Shown here in pieces: positions 61,122 to 64,000 of a stretch of DNA of 64,000 bases. The DNA comes from Anaerolineae bacterium (lineage in GTDB: Bacteria > Chloroflexota > Anaerolineae > Epilineales > JAHCIE01), in assembly GCA_039810085.1 (NCBI GenBank), contig JBDHWG010000002.1, forward strand, positions 96,281-160,280, given 5' to 3'. The first letter of the stretch is position 1. The number at the start of each line of letters is the position of its first letter. The notes under the pieces are model-generated. The model saw only the letters and a list, made by a program, of their open reading frames with translations, made no database searches and was not told the origin of the DNA. A program made the translations under genes and the position numbers.

Positions 61122-63992
61122 TTACGGCTGAACCGTCGGCCGAGCGAGCGAAGCCAGGTTCCAGCGGAAGTCCACCTCCTTGTTGCCGAAGAAGGTGAAC
61201 TGCGACGTCGAGATTGTCTGCTGGCTCGACACGCAGGGAATCAGACTGTTATTCGTCGCCTGCATCCACGTCGGGAGCGGCGGGTTGTCGGCGGTAACCG
61301 TTATCGACTGGCCCGGCGCCAGGTAGATACCCGTGACATAGGCATCGCCATGCGCGTCCGATATGGCCGTCCGCGTTGTGCCATCCGGCAGCGTCACTGT
61401 GACTGTAGTTCCGGGCAGCGGCAAGTCGAACGTGCCGTCGCAGTAGCGGTCGATGTACGTGCGAATGTAGAGGATACCGGCGCACACACTCCCCGCAGCT
61501 GAACAGTTGACCGGCGCCGAGGTTGGCCGTGGTGTGACCGTGACGGTCGGCGTCGTGGTCGCGGTTGGCGGAACTGCGGTCGCCGTCGCCGTCGTGGTTG
61601 CGGTCATCGTCGGCGGAACTGCGGTCGCCGTTACCGTGGCGGTCATCGTCGGCGGAACTGCGGTCGCCGTCGCCGTCGCCGTCATCGTCGACGGAACCGT
61701 GGTCGCCGTCACCGTGGCAGTCATCGTCTCCTCAGTTGTCGGCGTCGTCGTTACAGTTGTTGTGCCCGTCGGGGCGACAGTCGTGCTGGTGCCTGTCGGT
61801 GTTGGCGTCGTGGTTTCCTCCGGCCCTTCCACCACCCGCACGATGCCGTGCATGTTCGGGTGGACCGAGCAGTGGTATGGGAAGTCGCCGAGGGTGTTGA
61901 ACGTGAACGAGAAGCTCTGGTTCGTGAGCAGGAGGCCGCTGTCCCAGACCCCTGTGTCCGAGGTCGATGTGTGCGGTGCGGTATCAAAGTTTGTCCAGCG
62001 CACCGTCGCGCCCCGGCAGACCGTGATGTCCGACGGCACGAAAGCGAAGTTGCGGATGGCGATATCGACTGTGCCGGATTGGCACGTCCCTGGCGTCCCG
62101 GTTGTCGTCGGTGTCGGTGTTGTCGTGGTGGTAGCCGCCGTGCCCGTCGTCGTCGGCGTCGCCGTCATGGGCGTGCCGGTCGTCGTCGGCGTCGTGGTTA
62201 CCTCGACCGCGCGGCGGACGCGGAACACGGTGCCAGGAACACCCGGCCCCTCGCCACCGAAATCGAGGATGTACATCGCGTTGCCCTCAGGGCTGAACTT
62301 CACATCAATGGGATGGTTCAAGCCGCGGCTCATGTCGGCCATAGGGGTGAAGGCGAAGGTGGTTTGAGTCCAGCTAATGGTACCGGTCTCGGTCAACATG
62401 GGATGCAGCCGCTGCACGCTCGGCCCAGGGCCTGTGCCTGGACCGCGCCCGCCCTGCCAGTAGGCGATGAACAGGTCATTGACGAAGCCAAAGCTCGGGT
62501 TGGTACTGACGGCCATGCCTGTCGGCACAACGCTGTAGCCAAGGACCCCTGACATCATGCTCAGTGGCGGGTGCGTCTGCAACACGAGGCCCTGGGTCGG
62601 GCTGAAGTACGCAGTGTCAGTGACCGGGTGGCCGGCGAAGTAGTCAGGCCAGCCGAACCAGGGCGCTGTGGCCGCCGTGTTCGCCGAGGGGCTGAGAACA
62701 AGGTTCAGAGTATCCGGCGCGTAGATGGGGCGCACGCCGATGCCGTTGGTTCCGTTGTTATCCACGAGAAGCGCCCCCGCCAATGGTGAGTTGAGCGGCG
62801 CGAAGGTGATGCCGTAGGGGTTGAAGAAGCCCCAGGCAGCTACGTCGAGGCCGCTGCCGTCGGGGTTCGCACGCAGAACCGCCCCGTTGCATTTTGTCGA
62901 ACCCTGCACTACTTGCCCTGGCGTCGATTGGACGCCGTAGTTCTGGAAGGCGCCCGTGACAACACCGAACGTGTCAGTGTAGTTCCGACCAACCAGTGTG
63001 ATATCCCGACACGGAATGTCGTGGATGGCGGGTGGCGGCTCAGGCGTCGCACCCGGCGGAGCTTCGAACGTGAGGCGTTCCATGACGCCAGTCTCACTCC
63101 GTGTGCCGACCGCGACATACAGCTTACCATCTGGGCCGAACGCGATGTTGTTGTTGGAGTTCTGTACGCCCACCGGCAAATCGGTGATGACCGGTGTCAG
63201 ACTACCATCGGGATTTACGCGCACGACGCGACCGCTGTCCGACGCATATAGGAAACCGTTAGGCCCCCACGCGATACCGAGCAGCGGCGGGATGAACTGG
63301 TCGCTGCCCGAAGGAGCGACGACCGTCTTCGAGCCGTCGGCGTTGATGCGAATGATTCGGGCGGGAGGTCCGGCAATGCCCGACTCGGCGACGTAGACGC
63401 GGCCCTGGTCGTCCACCGTCATCGCGGAGGGTGCGACAAACCCGGTTGCGAGAACATCAACAGTATAGCCTGCGGGAACCTGAACCTGACTTGGGTCCGG
63501 CACATATGGCTCCGAGGTGGGCGAAGCCGTCTCCTGCGGAGCCGCCAGAACAACAACCTGTCCTTGCGTGAAGCCGCCGCCGGGCTGCTCCAGGAAGTCG
63601 GAGCGGTAGGTGTAAATGCCTGGCTTGGCGAAGGCGTGCTCGAAAGTGGCGCCGGGCGGAACAAGCCCCGAGTTCCAGGTCCCGTCAACAGAGGCGACAA
63701 TGTGGGGCCGGCTGTCCCGGTTCACCCAACTGACTTTTCCACCAGCCTGAACGGTAATACTTCGGGGCAGTGATGCTGCGTTGGACATCTGAACTGTGGC
63801 GTGGGATGCTTCGGCTGCGCTCGGGGGAATGGCGAGCGCCAGCGCTAGGGCCGTTAAGGCGACCGCCCCAACACTGAACAGCGTGAGGATAGCGAGGCGT
63901 CGGCGACCGGGGGCTAACAGGCGATCCAACATCGAGTACCTCCTTGAGCAAGTGGGTGACAAACAGTACGTGACACAGGCAGGGGGGTCCAC
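61122..63992 (-). CDS. Secreted multidomain protein: cupredoxin-like domain / soluble glucose-sorbosone-dehydrogenase-like beta-propeller / type-1 copper (plastocyanin-like) domain / TP-rich linker / C-terminal domain
   Basis: N-terminal TM/signal. The first cupredoxin-like domain lacks Cu ligands. The propeller segment includes IAFGPDGKLYVAVG. The second cupredoxin has the H...C..H..M ligand set (APHTSTSD...YHCSVHPNMHG). TP/TT-rich linkers. Confidence 0.65.
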   Translation of the reverse strand: MDPPACVTYCLSPTCSRRYSMLDRLLAPGRRRLAILTLFSVGAVALTALALALAIPPSAAEASHATVQMSNAASLPRSITVQAGGKVSWVNRDSRPHIVASVDGTWNSGLVPPGATFEHAFAKPGIYTYRSDFLEQPGGGFTQGQVVVLAAPQETASPTSEPYVPDPSQVQVPAGYTVDVLATGFVAPSAMTVDDQGRVYVAESGIAGPPARIIRINADGSKTVVAPSGSDQFIPPLLGIAWGPNGFLYASDSGRVVRVNPDGSLTPVITDLPVGVQNSNNNIAFGPDGKLYVAVGTRSETGVMERLTFEAPPGATPEPPPAIHDIPCRDITLVGRNYTDTFGVVTGAFQNYGVQSTPGQVVQGSTKCNGAVLRANPDGSGLDVAAWGFFNPYGITFAPLNSPLAGALLVDNNGTNGIGVRPIYAPDTLNLVLSPSANTAATAPWFGWPDYFAGHPVTDTAYFSPTQGLVLQTHPPLSMMSGVLGYSVVPTGMAVSTNPSFGFVNDLFIAYWQGGRGPGTGPGPSVQRLHPMLTETGTISWTQTTFAFTPMADMSRGLNHPIDVKFSPEGNAMYILDFGGEGPGVPGTVFRVRRAVEVTTTPTTTGTPMTATPTTTGTAATTTTTPTPTTTGTPGTCQSGTVDIAIRNFAFVPSDITVCRGATVRWTNFDTAPHTSTSDTGVWDSGLLLTNQSFSFTFNTLGDFPYHCSVHPNMHGIVRVVEGPEETTTPTPTGTSTTVAPTGTTTVTTTPTTEETMTATVTATTVPSTMTATATATAVPPTMTATVTATAVPPTMTATTTATATAVPPTATTTPTVTVTPRPTSAPVNCSAAGSVCAGILYIRTYIDRYCDGTFDLPLPGTTVTVTLPDGTTRTAISDAHGDAYVTGIYLAPGQSITVTADNPPLPTWMQATNNSLIPCVSSQQTISTSQFTFFGNKEVDFRWNLASLARPTVQP

Positions 63993-64000
63993 AGAGCGAG

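Noticed and set aside
61507-62552. Plus-strand ORFs 61507..62367 and 61848..62552
   Set aside because: They are antisense to the cupredoxin/sGDH gene and consist of V/A/G repeat translations of the TP-linker coding DNA.
1-64000. Search for tRNA, rRNA and CRISPR arrays
   Set aside because: No GTTCGAATC-type T-loop contexts, rRNA-like conserved blocks or regularly spaced direct repeats were found by eye.

Overview
High-GC (~63-65%) bacterial window. The Thr/Pro-rich linkers in most secreted proteins, LVIVD repeats, and a recurring 'YLPLV' terminal motif suggest a filamentous Chloroflexota-like genome; that attribution is inference only. No rRNA, tRNA or CRISPR array was seen.

Layout:
- 1-13.7 kb: a minus-strand operon built around a giant FtsZ/tubulin-like GTPase. 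Its C-terminus carries four tandem zinc ribbons. It is flanked by two membrane-anchored, extracytoplasmic vWA proteins, a metallophosphoesterase and a 1480-aa all-alpha protein.
- 13.7-15.3 kb: a sigma-70/ECF-type sigma factor with a zf-HC2 anti-sigma factor, divergent from that operon.
- 15.2-32.5 kb: about twelve co-directional minus-strand genes with the look of a conflict/defence island. They include a GAP1-like protein plus a Zn-ribbon P-loop GTPase, a CHAT (caspase-like) protease, a 1323-aa YD-repeat membrane protein, a 2H phosphoesterase, a TM protein with a cytoplasmic caspase-like domain whose ecto-domain is duplicated as a separate lipoprotein, an ADP-dependent sugar-kinase family homologue and a HEAT-like protein.
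- 32.6-35.9 kb: a GntR/HutC regulator, divergently transcribed from symmetric promoters with a palindromic operator, and a compact ubiquitin-like conjugation operon: E2-like, a 38-aa Cys-rich microprotein, a ThiF-type E1, and a Ubl ending in Gly-Gly.
- 35.9-40.2 kb: an internally deleted UDP-glucose dehydrogenase homologue, a perfect-consensus sigma70 promoter driving a small secreted peptide, an IS4/IS701-like IS whose transposase has an in-frame TAG, and an inverted duplication.
- 40.2-64 kb: housekeeping and secreted proteins. These are a beta-propeller protein, an S8 subtilase with PA and PKD domains, an LVIVD-repeat protein, a LuxR-type response regulator, a DtxR/IdeR repressor, an aldehyde dehydrogenase, a GT39-like glycosyltransferase, DinB_2 and DUF1684 proteins, two VapBC toxin-antitoxin pairs, DUF72 and NUDIX proteins, infA, an hpf-family ribosome hibernation factor, a SAM methyltransferase, and a cupredoxin / soluble-glucose-dehydrogenase-like / cupredoxin secreted fusion.

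Many plus-strand ORFs in the six-frame track are antisense GC-frame artefacts and were rejected.
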